Part shown: positions 49,678-64,000 of the stretch, one piece after another | Position numbering within the stretch: the first letter of the stretch is position 1 | How the letters are laid out: each line of letters begins with the position of its first letter | Assembly: GCA_963693365.1 (NCBI GenBank) | Contig: CAVNZM010000001.1 | Location: 1-64,000, forward strand | From: Amoebidium appalachense | Taxonomy: Eukaryota > Protista > Ichthyosporea | Reading direction: 5' to 3' | Length of the DNA stretch: 64,000 bases | Translations under genes and position numbers: made by a program | The notes under the pieces: model-generated | Seen by the model: the letters and a program-made list of their open reading frames with translations, nothing else | What the model was told of the DNA's origin: nothing | Databases searched by the model: none

Positions 49678-52600
49678 TGTTAATTTCTATGAGTATTTGG
49701 GATGTAAGCAGAGACACAGTGGTGCAGTGTGAAAACACCACAGACACACACAACAACAAAACACGGAACGATCGGAGCAGTGTACACAACAGACATCAAT
49801 GTTTAGACACGACTGAACTGAATTTATTCTGATCTTCGAATAAATACCTGTAATTCCTCTAAGTCCAATCCATACATGATTTCCGACCAGTCGGAAATCA
49901 GATCCATCTCTAATAGAAACCAATCACTAAGAACCAATTGCTTTCAGAGAGATCCGGTACGCGGAGGCGTACACGATAGGACACAGACACTAGTTAGGAT
50001 CAACTCGTGTCATCATCAAGGAAGTTCTAACCTATGACATACTGCAAAGACTCAGACATATCACACTTAACCTTGATGATTGGTTAAAGCCCGGCAACAC
50101 ATGAAAACTAAAGTGAATTAATGAAGTCTAAACACACATGCTATTCTAAGTGTAGCCTAAGTGTGTTACCGTCCAATGAACACGTATTAAGTAACACAAA
50201 TCTACCTAACATATATTAGTAGAAAAGAAATACGATTATACACATGAAGACAAGGAGAGAAAGAAAAGAAAATAAGGAAGGAGAAAGAGGAAGGAAAAGA
50301 GAGCACAGATCAACAAACAAGATAGTAATAGCATAACTATAACCAGAGATATTTATGTACACACGAACATGTACACGTCTCTCCCTGAGTGGGTGGATCC
50401 GTGTACACACATATAAATATTCTAATCGATATTACAATACACGATTAAAGCCGATACAACACGATTACAAGTATACAAGCATATCGGAGATCGATGCTAC
50501 ACTTTACATAATAGGAGTGTGGCATTTACACTAAGCATATGAACTGAAACATAACACAAACTGAGAAGATCTTACCATATGTAAATACTACGTATTACAA
50601 CATCCCCACTTAAGACTTTGAAGTTTGTGTTATCATATCCCCACTGAACTAGTGAAATCTCCCCACTTGAGAACAGAAACGGAAAAAAAAAAAAATTAAA
50701 GTGTGTACTTTTCCCGGGGGGGGGGGGGGGGGGGGAGAAGGGGGGGGGGGAGGGGGGGGGGGAAGGGGGGGGGGAAGGGGGGGGGGAAGGGGGGGGGAGG
50801 GGGGAAGGAACCGGGGCAAAAACAACGAATATATATAACGTGTATAGGCGGTGTTTGATTAACTGGGTTTTAAACCAGTGAAAGATAGAGTAGAGTGATG
50901 GTACAGGTCAAACCTTATATATAAACCCTAAGTGGGCATACCCACAAAGGCAATACATATGATATAATGATGTTGATAAAGTAAGTAGTACACATGAGAA
51001 AATCACTCTTGAAGTAGTTCGGGTCAATCCACAATATCCGGTAAACAAAGTCGAGCACGATGGTGGACATGACTCGGGCCGGGGAGGGGTTTGGTGAGTA
51101 TGTCAGCTAAGTTGTGGGCTGACTCAACGTAGTGGACAACCACGTCCCCACTGGCAATGTAGTCCTTGGTGTTGTGATACCGGACGGCAATGTGTTTGGT
51201 ACGGTGCTTGATGCCGGTGGAGTTGACGATGGCAATGGTCGACTGGTTGTCACAGTACACCGGAGTCGGAGCAAGCATGGGACAGCCGAGTTCCTTGAAG
51301 AGGTCACGGACCCAAGCAACTTCTTGGGTGCCAGCATTGAGAGCAATCAGCTCAGCTTCAGTGGTGCTGGTGGCCGTGATGGGCTGGAGCTTGGAGTACC
51401 AGATGACGGGCATACCAGCAAACACGATAATGTAGCCGGTGGTAGACTTCTTGCTGTCGGCACAACCAGCAAAGTCAGCATCCGTGTAGCATTCGAGTAT
51501 GGGGGACTGGGTGGCCGAGTACTTGTAGTCAATGCCAAGGTCAATGGTGCCGAGCAGGTACCGGGCCACACGACGGAGAAGGTCCCAGTGAGTCTTGCCG
51601 GGGTTGGTGCTGAACCGACCAAGGAAGCCGATGGCATAGGCAATGTCGGGACGTGTGCACCGTGCCACCCAGAGGAGACGGCCGAGTAACTCACGGTAGG
51701 GCACGGTGAACGGTTGGGGGGGGCAATCAGCCAGGGAGACGGTGGTGCCTGCAGGGATGGGGGTAGACTTGGACTTGGCATCGGTGAGGTTGAAGTCGTG
51801 GATGATATCCATGATGTAAGACCTCTGGTGCATGTGGAGGTGATGGGGATCAGAGTGATTAAAATCAACACCGAGCATACGGTCAAATGGACTCATACGA
51901 CAGCTGGCCATCTTGCTGATGTGGACAGCCAGGTCACTGGCAGCAGTAGAACCCCGGGTGTTGGTGATGGTGGAGTCATCGACGTAGTTACCAGCCCGTA
52001 CCACATCGTTGTTGGGGAAGAACCGGAGGTAGATGTACGGGTCGGTCTTAGTACGGGTCAGGCCATGGGCAAGAAGAATGCCGTCGAGGAAGTCGTACCA
52101 AGCCTTGGAGGCTTGCTTGAGGCCGTACAGGGCTTTCTTGAGTCTCCAGACCTTGCCAAGTGTGGCCATGGTGATGAATCCCGGGGGTTGTTTCATGTAG
52201 ATGGTCTCGGTGAGTGGGCTGTTGAGAAAGGCCGTAGACACGTCGAGTTGATGTATGTCATGACCTTCAACAACGGCCAGAGCTAGGATGGCACGGAGAG
52301 CAGCCGGACGGATGACAGGGCTCTCAATCAACTCATAGTCAACACCGTATTGCTGACTGAAGCCTTGAGCAACACCACGTGCCTTGATCTTGGTGTCACC
52401 AGCCGAGTTGAGAGTTTTCTCGGAGACAATCCACTTGAAGCCGACGATGTTAGCACCAGGGGGAGGGTCAACAAGTTCAAAGATGTCTTTGTCGACGAAG
52501 GCTTGATACTCAGCAGTCAGGGCTGACTTGACCTGATCACCATTGGGTCCGGAACAGAGTTGACGGACAAGTTTGGGTAGTTGGTCGATGTTGATGGGGG

Positions 52601-55600
52601 GACCGGGGGGACTGGCAGGGTGGTGGTGGCTTGAAGTCCAACCTTGCCCTGGAGACGGGCAGAACGACGGGGTGCAGGAACCGGGGTAGGTGGAGACGGT
52701 GGGGGGGAACTTGGAAGTTCGGAAGTGCAGGGGGGGCAACCTCCGGGCTGGACGGGGCCGAGTGGAAGTTGTCGGGGGAGCCGGGTCGGATGGGTGTGAC
52801 GTTGCCAGGGCCAGGATGAGGGTCGGCAGGCTGGACGGGCACGGGGGCAGGGGGGCCGGTGGGGGGGGGGTGTCGGGGGAACGACGATGGCAGGAGGGGG
52901 GCCAGAGTACACCAGACAAACATCATCTTCAGTGTCAACTGTGGGGGGTGGGGTGGTCGAGGTAGCAGTGGTGTCGGGGGTCGGAAGGGTTGATGGAATG
53001 TCGGACGGGAGATAAGCTGATTCGTCGAAAATCACATCACGGAAGAGGCCGACACGATGGGTGGTGGCATTGAAGATCCGGTGGCAGTGTGATTGAAGAT
53101 CATAGCCGATATACATGCCGAGTTTGACGGTGGGGGCCAGCTTGTTCCGTTTAGAGGCTGGCACGTGAGTGTAGGCAGGGCAACCGAACACTTTGAGCTC
53201 GGAGATGTCGGGCTTGACACCGTAGAAAACCTCGAATGGTGTACGACCATTGGCAGTCGTGGACGGGGTGACGTTGATGATGTAGGCGGCATGTTGGAGG
53301 GCCTCAGCCCACAGTTTGGGAGACAGAGACTGATCTTGGACTTGATGGAGGAGGCAACGGACAATCTCTTGGAGGAACCGCATACGTCGTTCAACATAGC
53401 CGTTCAGTTGAGGGCAGTCCACCGGAGCATAGCTGGCCTTGATGCCCTGGGAGAGGCAAAAAGCACGGGTATCCTTGGAGGTGAACTCAGAGCCGGAGTC
53501 GAAGTGGTAAACACCAACTTTGGAGGGGGCATGGGTGGCAACGAGGTTGGTGTGAGCTGTGAGAATATCCAGGGTGGTGGTACGGTCGGCCATCGGGTAG
53601 ATCTTGACGAGGCCAGAGGCACGGCAGACAGTGACGAGAGCAACCTTGGAACCTCCGTACGATGTTGTGGTAGGCTCAAAAAAATCCCAATGCCATTCAT
53701 GACTGGGGATGTTGGAGTGAGGACGGTCACCCCTGAACGGAGCCTTGGTGGTCTTACCCATAATGTAGCCATGACAATCAGGAACATCACAGTCGAGGAC
53801 AGAGGAGGGGAGACCAATAACAAGGTCGTGTTTCACCATGTCCTTGATGCTGGTCATAGCTCGGTGCCCCAGACGATGGTGCCAGATGGATGGGTTAACA
53901 CTGGTAGTGGCAGCCAGAGCCACAGGACGAGTGGGTGGTTGAATGGTGTAGTCCTTGAAGTAATACAGACCGTTGTGTAGACGGAGGTTGACGAGATGAC
54001 GGCCGGTGAGTCGGTCGAAGAGGAATGACGGAGTGGAGGCATCGTTCAAATCACCCTTGATGTATTCGGCAGCAGCTTGGGATGTTGAAATGAGGAAGGC
54101 TTGGCCAGACGGGGTGTAGTAGGCTTCAATGGTTAGGGTGGTAGTGCCATGGTCGGTGGTGGTGTTGATGACGATATGGCCGGTGTGAGTGGCCAAGACG
54201 GGGGTGCCATTGAAGGCAGCAACGGGAGTCGGTGTCGGAAGGGGAGTGAGGTCATGGAAGAACTCACGGGTGGGGCAAACAGTCATGTTGCACCCGGAAT
54301 CCCAGGCAGGGTCGGAGGACACGGGGACGGAGCTAGCATTGTATGCCGAGAAAGCAAAGGAGACAGATTTCTCACTGCCTTGACGGGAACGGTTGTGTCT
54401 GGACATACGGCATTTCGGCTCAGGGCAATCGATGATCGTGTGATCAGGCTCGTGGCAGTAGGAGCATTCTTTCACGGACGGGGTGTTAGAACGAGCCGGG
54501 GAATCAGAACGACGGGAACCCGAGAAACGGGAACGACTGGGGGAACGAGACGTGGACCGGAAGGCAGGCCGGTGGGGGGAACGGGATCGGGTGTGCTGAC
54601 GGGAGAGACGAGTTCGGAGGTCCGTGCCAGAGGTACGGTCAAGTCGGGTGCGTAAGTCACGGCGAGGAAGATCACGGGGGGGAGCACTGGCATTTAATGC
54701 CATGCTGGACTTGGAGGCACGGTGGGCACGGTTGTTCCGGAGTTGCATCTTGAGGTCTTGACGTAACTCGATGCCCTTGACGTGGTTATGGAGGGACTCG
54801 AAGTCGGGGAATAGCTTATCACCGAAGTGATAGTCTTCGATAAGACGATTGAACTCAGGGGTGAGGTCGTCTCTGGTGGTGAGTTCATTGAAGAACTTCT
54901 CAGCTAGACGAGTGAAGTGAATGGACTCATCTTGGAGAGACTGGAGCTGGTTCACGATGGTCTGCAGACGGCTCAGGTAGGTGGTGAATGATTCACCGGG
55001 CTGAAGGGCACAGGCATCCCACTGACGGTGAAGGATGCGGATCTGATCGGGTTTGCCTTGGAGATAGTGTTGACGGAATTTCCACATGGCCCGTTCAGGG
55101 TCCATGCCAATACGGTACTGGGCAACGGTGGTGAGGACGGAAGGGTCGATGTTCTGTATCATATGGAGCAGGAGGCAATTGCGGGCCTCTTTGAGTTCCG
55201 CGGTAGTGCCGTAGCCATAGAAGGGGGGTTCACCGTCAACCGCGACGGTGGTAGGGGGGACGTAGTTGTCAGTAAGGACAACATCCACGAGTCGGACACC
55301 TTTAGTGCCGGTCATCATGCCGAGAAAAATGATTTCCCATTGAAAATAGGTAGTTTTGCTATCGGGACCAGTCTTCCCTTCACCTTTCCACATGGTGATT
55401 TTGTTTACGCCAGTTTTGTTTGGATCCATGATTGAAAAACGAGCGCGAGTTCTAGATGTGTGTAGGGAGCGTACAAAAGGGCTGCATAACCTGTTAATTT
55501 CTATAAGTATTTGGGATGTAAGCAGAGACACAGTGGTGCAGTGTGAAAACACCACAGACACACACAACAACAAAACACGGAACGATCGGAGCAGTGTACA

Positions 55601-56416
55601 CAACAGACATCAATGTTTAGACACGACTGAACTGAATTTATTCTGATCTTCGAATAAATACCTGTAATTCCTCTAAGTCCAATCCATACATGATTTCCGA
55701 CCAGTCGGAAATCAGATCCATCTCTAATAGAAACCAATCACTAAGAACCAATTGCTTTCAGAGAGATCCGGTACGCGGAGGCGTACACGATAGGACACAG
55801 ACACTAGTTAGGATCAACTCGTGTCATCATCAAGGAAGTTCTAACCTATGACATACTGCAAAGACTCAGACATATCACACTTAACCTTGATGATTGGTTA
55901 AAGCCCGGCAACACATGAAAACTAAAGTGAATTAATGAAGTCTAAACACACATGCTATTCTAAGTGTAGCCTAAGTGTGTTACCGTCCAATGAACACGTA
56001 TTAAGTAACACAAATCTACCTAACATATATTAGTAGAAAAGAAATACGATTATACACATGAAGACAAGGAGAGAAAGAAAAGAAAATAAGGAAGGAGAAA
56101 GAGGAAGGAAAAGAGAGCACAGATCAACAAACAAGATAGTAATAGCATAACTATAACCAGAGATATTTATGTACACACGAACATGTACACGTCTCTCCCT
56201 GAGTGGGTGGATCCGTGTACACACATATAAATATTCTAATCGATATTACAATACACGATTAAAGCCGATACAACACGATTACAAGTATACAAGCATATCG
56301 GAGATCGATGCTACACTTTACATAATAGGAGTGTGGCATTTACACTAAGCATATGAACTGAAACATAACACAAACTGAGAAGATCTTACCATATGTAAAT
56401 ACTACGTATTACAACA
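49678..56416 (-). mobile_element. Full-length copia B2 (LTRs 55492-56416 and 49678-50602)
   Basis: 925-bp LTRs with one difference noticed, TSD GTTTG, PBS, PPT. Confidence 0.96.
51024..55429 (-). CDS. gag-pol: Copia B2 gag-pol polyprotein (frame breaks in homopolymers at 52.6-52.9 kb)
   Basis: Nearly identical to the B1 protein; integrase zinc finger reads CHGY instead of CHGC. Confidence 0.92.
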
Positions 56417-56533
56417 GTTTGTGGTGGTCTGATGTGTGTGTGTGTGGGGGGGGGGGGGGGGGGGAGGGGGGAGGCCATGTGGGGGGGGGGGGGGGGGGGG
56501 GCACCCGTGCATGTCATTGGCCGTGTGCTGGTT

Positions 56534-56644
<111 letters not shown>

Positions 56645-57501
56645 ATGTGCGTGTTCATGTGCATGTGCATGTGCATGTGTGGACGTCTGTCTCTGTGTAC
56701 ATGTTTAAATTATCTGCTTTAAAGCTCGGAAACGTATTGTTTTGGGTTGATCAAATATGGGTTGTCAGTTCGGGGATGGTATTGGCCTAAGCAAGTTACA
56801 CAAATCCTGTCATTCATTCGTGTTCATTTTACCTTTTTGCAAGATCAAGAAGCAAGAAAGTCAGGAACAGGATTATAGGGTTATGGTTTTCTTTTATTTA
56901 TTTGTTTTGTTTTTGCTTTTGTTCTTTTTATTTTTTATTTTTTATTTTTTATTTTTATTTATTTATTTTTTTTTTTTTTTTTTGGGGGGGGGGGGGGGGG
57001 GGAGGGGTCCTCACCTGAATCGGGTGAGTCTGCACCATCCTGCTCCTCAGGGGATTCGTCTACGGCTGGTGCACCTATACGGTATAGTGTTTTTGCGCAT
57101 GTGCGTGTGTGTGGGGGTGTGTGGGGGTGTGCGTGGTGGAGGGGGTGGGGGTGGGGTGGGGATGGGGGGGGGGGGGGGGGCCCTCTACCTACTGGCAAAA
57201 AAAGAAAAGAAAGAGGGTTAGAAAACACTGACAAAGCCGCTAGAGCTCTGCTTCCTCCAAATACGCCTCTACCATCCAATCGTACTCCGCCTCTGCTGCC
57301 TCCAGTGCAGCCACCAGCTCGTCATCGTTTCCCTCCATCTCCCACTCGACGGTAGGTGGTTCCGCCGTGGTTGTTTTGTTTTCACCTTTCTTTCCCTTCT
57401 TCTTCCCTTCGCCTCCCTTTTCCTCTGTTTTGCTCTCCTTTTTCTTCTTTGCTGGTTTTGTCGACAGCATGCTCCCTGCAACTGTGGCGGGGACGCCTGC
57501 C

Positions 57502-58419
57502 TGTAAACAACTGTACACATGAACTGTCCATGTTTACTAAAGAATGTGATCTACTAGCACACGATTCGTGCTTTGTCATGAATATCACATAAATATTATG
57601 TCCGCACCAATAGGACTCACTCTGACCTAAGAATTGAACCATATATGGTTCTTCCACTGCATACCACATAAACGAAGTGAACCAATAAGAGGTTTGCATA
57701 AATAGGACAAAGGTCTGACTGGCTCGGACCGCACCAGAATCACGAATGGCATGTTGCCACCCGCGCTGGCCGCGGATGAACCAATCCTGGGCCTTGATCC
57801 GAAACCTGGGGGCTATATAAGAAAGCCGTCCCAGTACGGGGATCACATCAGTGAAGTCTGAGACAGACTGAGTCGGCCCATAGTAAAAGCAACCTGGCCG
57901 CGTGTGCCTTTCTACCCGTTCTCTGTCTTTATTTTGATTCAGTTGTACTCTGCCTTATCCTAACTAGTCCAACTGTTTACATTGGCGACCGCGCAGTTCA
58001 AGAATCTCGCATCCTTCGAATCTCACATCTTTCAATCAGTTCAAGAATCTCACATCTTTCAATTACCCCAAGAATCTGCCATGGCCGATCACAATCCTTT
58101 TTACCACGATGATAGGCACATCTTTCTTTGTCAGGCTTAGAATACATACACATCGACAAGTTTGAAGTGGCCAGCCCACCTCTAAGAACACGGAAAGAAT
58201 TGAAAGCATGAAAACCACCTTATACTACGACACATAAAAAACGCGAAGAAAAACGAATACACGAACAAACGATTAAAGAATTACTAACGAAGCAATGAAC
58301 CAACGAAAAACGAACCATCACGAATACACAATGAAATAAAGAATTAACGACCAGCGAATGCATAGAGGAAATACAAAATGAATGCAACACAAAACAAAAC
58401 AAAGTAACGAAGTTATCAA
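57502..58419 (+). mobile_element. LTR family G copy 1: 5' LTR 57502-57981, PBS and leader, interrupted by Ngaro N5
   Basis: 480-bp LTR with tgtaaaca/tgtttaca termini, PBS tggcgacc. Confidence 0.88.
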
Positions 58420-58560
58420 GGTTTTATTTGTGGAAATTATTGACATAAATATTTTTCTGGGTAAACACGTAGGATGGGTGTTCGATACCAACATAACCAT
58501 GTAGGCTACATTTCGTGTTTTAGCAGTTAGCGGTTGGCTGCCCGCACACGGGCACCTATT

Positions 58561-58683
58561 AGCCAATCAAAACATCAGATACCACAGATCACTAGACCGA
58601 GTTATGATTGGCTCGGATCAGATTTCACATATCACTAGATCGATTTTTGATTGGCTCAGATCGGTAGGCTTAGGTATATAAGC
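58561..58683 (+). promoter_or_regulatory. Probable Pol II promoter in Ngaro A repeat
   Basis: One CCAAT and two ATTGG boxes, then TATATAA about 120 bp upstream of the gag ATG; conserved in the other A copies that include this segment. Confidence 0.6.
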
Positions 58684-58799
58684 ACGACAGTTTTTAGCAG
58701 ATCAGCAAGCTACAAACACATCTTCTGTGTTTAGCATCCACAGCCTTACAGCTATATATTCCTTTTTCATTCTCCCTATCTTTCCCTACGCCGGTCAGC

Positions 58800-59970
58800 A
58801 TGCCGCCGAAAAAGCGCCAGGCCTCAGCCGCCGCCCCTGCCGCGGCACCTAAGCGCCTGACCCGCAGCGACCTCCGCCACAGGCTGACCAACGCTCCCGC
58901 GGACACTGACGCGCCTCCAGCGGCCCATACCACCACGGACCCGGACCCGCCGGCTACTCTCCCCTCCACTCCTGAAGTCCCCCCTCAGGCCCCGCCGTCC
59001 CCGCAGATGACTTCTCAAGACGCCGTCCTGGCCGCCCTCACCGCCATCAGCACCCAGATGGCTGGCGTCCTGGCTGCTCTCACCAACCGCGACCCTCCCG
59101 CGGCCCCCGCCGCGCCCTCCACACCCGGGGAGGTTTCCCCGGGGCTGCATCTCGGCCCTGACCTAGACCTACCTGCCCTGCCCGCGCCCCCCAATCACAG
59201 GTGAGAACACTGGCGACATTCAGCCGGGCACACTCCCGCTTCCCCCCGCGGATGTGCTGGCAGATTTGCGCGCCAATCGTTTCGTTGACCTGTATAAGTT
59301 CACCCCCGCCGCCCTCCTGGCCCCATCCAAGAAAGGTCAGCATCTGCGCATGGCCGACGACGGCAGCATCGAGACTTTTCGCCAAGACAGACCCGTTCCC
59401 CTGCGTTCACTCGTCATTTGGATCCAAGCTTGGACCCATTACATGGCCGCCAAGCACCACCTCGGCCTCCCCACGGACAAAGACGTCCTTTGGACTCAGC
59501 ACATCACTCGCCTCAGCACCCGATACCCGTGGGCCCAGATCCACAACTATGACGTATACGCCCGCACCGTTGCCCATCAGCAGGGTCGGGCTCCGATCGA
59601 GTGTCCCAACCTGCTCGCCCAACTCCACCAGGATCTCCTCCTGCCACCCACTCTGCTCATCCCGGACGCATGTCAGCGCTGTGGCTTCCCCGACCACCCC
59701 AGCGCGGCCTGCCCCATGTACCCCAAGCCCGGCTGTGGTCTTGACGGCTTTAAGCCGCCCCACAAGCCCGGCGGGGGTCAAACCCCTAACCGCCCTGGCC
59801 CGCAACCCGGCCCGGCAAAACTGGCCCGACCCGTGGATCTACCCGCGACGCACTGCCGGAATTTCCACATTAACGGTCGGTCCTGCGCTAAGCAGCCCTG
59901 CCCCTTCTCCCACGTGTGCCCGCTCTGCTCTGGCACACACCCCCGCAAAGACTGCAAGCACAATGCCTAG
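58800..59970 (+). CDS. gag: Ngaro N5 gag (one frameshift near 59193)
   Basis: MPPKKRQ...WAQIHNYD...CQRCGFPDH...CPLCSGTHPRKDC. Confidence 0.87.
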
Positions 59971-60592
59971 TCTACGCGCACACCCACACACACAGCTAGA
60001 ACATAGGGGTTAGGAGCTAAGACACACGAGTACAGGGAAACGGAGCTCGGGAGAACGGGCCAATAGGGCTGAGTACAAAATTTCGCAGGCCAACTACGGC
60101 GCCCGCGCGCGTCAAGAATAAATGTCCCTACACAAAGACGTTTATTCTGGCCACTGCACATAATTTTACTCCCCCCCCCCACGAGCCTTCCCCCCCCCCC
60201 CTTACACTCACCTAGCACTCCCTCCCCCCCTTCTTCTACCTCTGTGTCCGCCCACACCCCCGCGTGCTCGGGCACATTCCCTGCACAGGGCCCCGCTGCC
60301 CTCCCTGCCAACCCTCACTTGGCCCAGCTGCCCTACTCAAACCCCCCCCGGGCCCTGCGGCCCCCCCCCCCCCCCCCCCCCCCCCCGCTGCCGGGATCCC
60401 CCCAAGGGTACACCACCCTTGCTAATCACCCCCTTCCCCCGAGGCTCAGACCCGGAAGCCCGCCCGCTGCCCCAGCACCACATTGACACCTCCCGCCTCC
60501 GGGAACTGCTGGCCTCCTACCCGGACCAATCATTCGCCGCACAACTCCTCCACGATGTCGAATTCGGCGTCGACATCGGCTATCGCGGCCCT

Positions 60593-63500
60593 TGTAAACA
60601 ACTGTACACATGAACTGTACATGTTTACTAAAGAATGTGATCTACTAGCACACGATTCGTGCTTTGTCATGAATATCACATAAATATTATGTCCGCACCA
60701 ATAGGACTCACTCTGACCTAAGAATTGAACCATATATGGTTCTTCCGCTGCATACCACATAAACGAAGTGAACCAATAAGAGGTTTGCATAAATAGGACA
60801 AAGGTCTGACTGGCTCGGACCGCACCAGAATCACGAATGGCATGTTGCCACCCGCGCTGGCCGCGGATGAACCAATCCTGGGCCTTGATCCGAAACCTGG
60901 GGGCTATATAAGAAAGCCGTCCCAGTACGGGGATCACATCAGTGAAGTCTGAGACAGACTGAGTCGGCCCATAGTAAAAGCAACCTGGCCGCGTGTGCCT
61001 TTCTACCCGTTCTCTGTCTTTATTTTGATTCAGTTGTACTCTGCCTTATCCTAACTAGTCCAACTGTTTACATTGGCGACCGCGCAGTTCAAGAATCTCG
61101 CATCCTTCGAATCTCACATCTTTCAATCAACTCAAGAATCTCACATCTTTCAATTACCCCAAGAATCTGCCATGGCCGATCACAAATCCTTTTTACCACG
61201 ATGATAGGTACATCTTTCCTTGTCCGACTTAGAATATATACACCGACAAGTTTGAAGTGGCCAGCCCACCTACACGGAAAGAATTGAAAGCATGTAAAAC
61301 TTCTTTTGCTACGACACATCAAAAATGTGAAGAAAAACGAATACACAACGAATTTTCAAACAACGAATACACGAACAATCGAATAAAGAATTGCTAACGA
61401 AGCAATGAACCAACGAAAAACGAACCATCACGAATACGCAATGAAATAAAGAATTAACGACAAACGATTGCATAGAGGAAATACGAAATGAATGCAACAC
61501 GAAAACAAAACGAAGTAACGAATTTATCAAACGACAAAAAACGAAAAACGAAAGCAAAATGAACTGGAAATACGAAAATGCAAGAACGAATGCACAACAC
61601 TGCTTGGGTTGCAATGCACACAGCCCCTTCTATGTTAGGAAGAAAATAAAACCGTTGCCCTTGCGTGCATTGCGCTATTGCACACTGTCATCGTGTCCAT
61701 GCCACCGCATGCACCTCCACACTCGCAAGCCAGATGCACGGCCACTTTCAGCACGAATGCATTTAAAGAAGAAGATAGTCGCTGTTCCTATAGCATTGAG
61801 GACATAAGGTGCTGTGAAAGTAGTTTTGCATGCATGCTTCGAATTTCTTGCTGTTTTCGAATACAGCATGCCCCATAGTTTAGCGCACAGGATGCACAAC
61901 ATGCGCATGAATGTATGCTGGCATGCCTAAACACATTACGAACATATGCCTCATGTATGGCGGCCCTTCCTGGTGCCACGCCCTAACGAATTTGCACTCT
62001 TGGTGCACAAAAGGCATGTAATAAAGTCGATGCAGAACTTTTGTTCATGCATGTGAAAAACAAAGAAGGTGTTGGGTACGAATTTTAAGGTGAATGCCCG
62101 TCTGTGGCAATACTGTGTAACATACCAATTACACTGTCAAGCCTTGCACTAGCTGCCGGCACACCCCCACCAGAACAAAAGAATGTGGTATGGGCACCGT
62201 TCCCTCACAACCCCAGCATACAGTGTCAGTATTTTGGCTGGAAGCCTTTCAGTTTCGAATTACGAATACCCTCCTTCACTACTGAAGAAAGTGACGTGGA
62301 AGACGAATACGAATACGAATGCAAGGTGTTGTTGACTAACACATCGGACCATCATGTGTACCTACTAGGCCCTGGTACGGAGGTGACCATGTTATTCCCT
62401 TGCAATATGATGACACTGTAACAATTTAGCACGTGCATACCCCACCAATGGGCACATGCGGGAGACAACCCCACAAGCTGCCTTATTGGGCACCTCTGCT
62501 AAAACGAATATTCTTCTCACGAAGGAACAGAAGAATGCCACGAACACGAACCACACACCCCCCAGGCAGCTACTTACGTCTGATGTATGAAAGTAGTAGG
62601 TGTGTGAATGGGGTAACTTCATGAACACCAACACGAAAGCAAGCACAGCACAAAGCAGTTCCACGAATACGAATGGTTTTGGTATTCCACACAACGAACA
62701 GAACCTACAGTAGGGCCACCTACAAATGAAGCAGAGGATGGGGCACCATCCAGACCTGCACTGGAGGATATGAAGATACGAAGCGCGCTCACGAAGTTGC
62801 TTACAAAAGAAAGGGCGACTGCGACGACTTTTCTTTTTAGGCCAAGCCTCCAGAAGAATGTATTATGCCTGGAATCCCCCTGCTCAACGAAAATGGCTGG
62901 CAAATGGGATACGAAAACTGCTCACGAATGGAAGCATGTGTTTTCTGAAGGAGGCTTGCTTTGCCTACCCTCTTCTTATGAATTATGAACCGGGCTTTTA
63001 CTGGTTCTGACGGGTGATATATTTCTTTATGTCGCCCAACGAAGAACACTTGGGCATTTTTATTCTGTTTTTCCCAGCTCCGATGATGCAGGGTTAAAGC
63101 TGAAAGGAAAGAAGTGCTCTTTGTTCATGAAAGAAGTGGCTTTTCCGGCCATGGTGACTCGCCTTACAGTCTTAAGGTAGAACCGGGATAAGGAGCAGCG
63201 GCTAAGCCTTGAAGCTATCCACCACTACCTGAGCTACGAAGTGACCTAAGGCTCGAGTTATATTCATTATCGAATGTTTGGTATGATCATTCATCCACAC
63301 AACCAAATTACTCGCAATTGAAAACGAATCTGCGGGAGTATCCTAAAAAGGAAAAATTCCCAAAAAGGAAAATACTACTTCTACAGAAAAGCCAAGCACA
63401 GAGACGAAGGCTTAGCGAATTATTCGCACGCACACTCTGCAACAATCTTCGCCACGAAAATGAAATCACAGAAGAATGCTGCATGAATTTACGTTTTGGC

Positions 63501-64000
63501 AAATGAAGAAGTGCTCATAGACGTGCACAACTCTATTCCACCGTCCTTGCTCTGTTCTGTCCAGCAGCTCGGCACACACAAGAATTCTCGCTGAAGGTTG
63601 TTTATCGCCTCTCAGCCTGGTGGTTTGCTTGTCTAACGACACCACCAGGCTCCCGACAAGGGGGGAGTGTAAACAACTGTACACATGAACTGTACATGTT
63701 TACTAAAGAATGTGATCTACTAGCACACGATTCGTGCTTTGTCATGAATATCACATAAATATTATGTCCGCACCAATAGGACTCACTCTGACCTAAGAAT
63801 TGAACCATATATGGTTCTTCCGCTGCATACCACATAAACGAAGTGAACCAATAAGAGGTTTGCATAAATAGGACAAAGGTCTGACTGGCTCGGACCGCAC
63901 CAGAATCACGAATGGCATGTTGCCACCCGCGCTGGCCGCGGATGAACCAATCCTGGGCCTTGATCCGAAACCTGGGGGCTATATAAGAAAGCCGTCCCAG
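60593..64000 (+). mobile_element. LTR family G copy 2, non-autonomous (5' LTR 60593-61072; 3' LTR starts 63668 and runs off the window)
   Basis: PBS tggcgacc, PPT aagggggg-ag, 2.6-kb interior with no long ORF; gypsy affinity inferred only from PBS/PPT style. Confidence 0.85.

Larger units (their letters stand above)
58420..60592 (+). mobile_element. Ngaro N5 5' part (A1, gag, linker, RT start), interrupted by G2
   Basis: Colinear with N4. Confidence 0.9.

Noticed and set aside
57020-57501. Host gene fragment with Lys-rich and acidic segments
   Set aside because: Short, low complexity, cut by LTR G1, and no recognisable domain

Overview
This is a eukaryotic, retrotransposon-dominated window; the organism cannot be identified from the sequence. 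Positions 1-39.9 kb and 49.7-64 kb are a deeply nested stack of elements. (1) Ty1/copia elements of three families, here called A, B and C; where a PBS is visible (A and B) it is of the half-tRNAiMet type. (2) Tyrosine-recombinase retrotransposons of the Ngaro type with split direct repeats (one structurally complete copy). (3) Two non-autonomous LTR elements and several solo LTRs. (4) Two copies of a 659-bp TRIM whose LTRs each carry a tRNA-shaped Pol III cassette. Most LTR insertions are resolved to the base by their 5-bp TSDs. One four-exon host gene at 43.4-47.9 kb (type II membrane NXPE/PC-esterase-like SGNH protein) lies among microsatellites. The most notable item is the tRNA-bearing TRIM. 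It has intact A/B boxes, a non-decoding anticodon arm, an upstream anti-acceptor hairpin and a mutated U5 CA end. One of its copies has a 71-bp target duplication, and both copies sit antisense inside copia family A. Family labels are my own.
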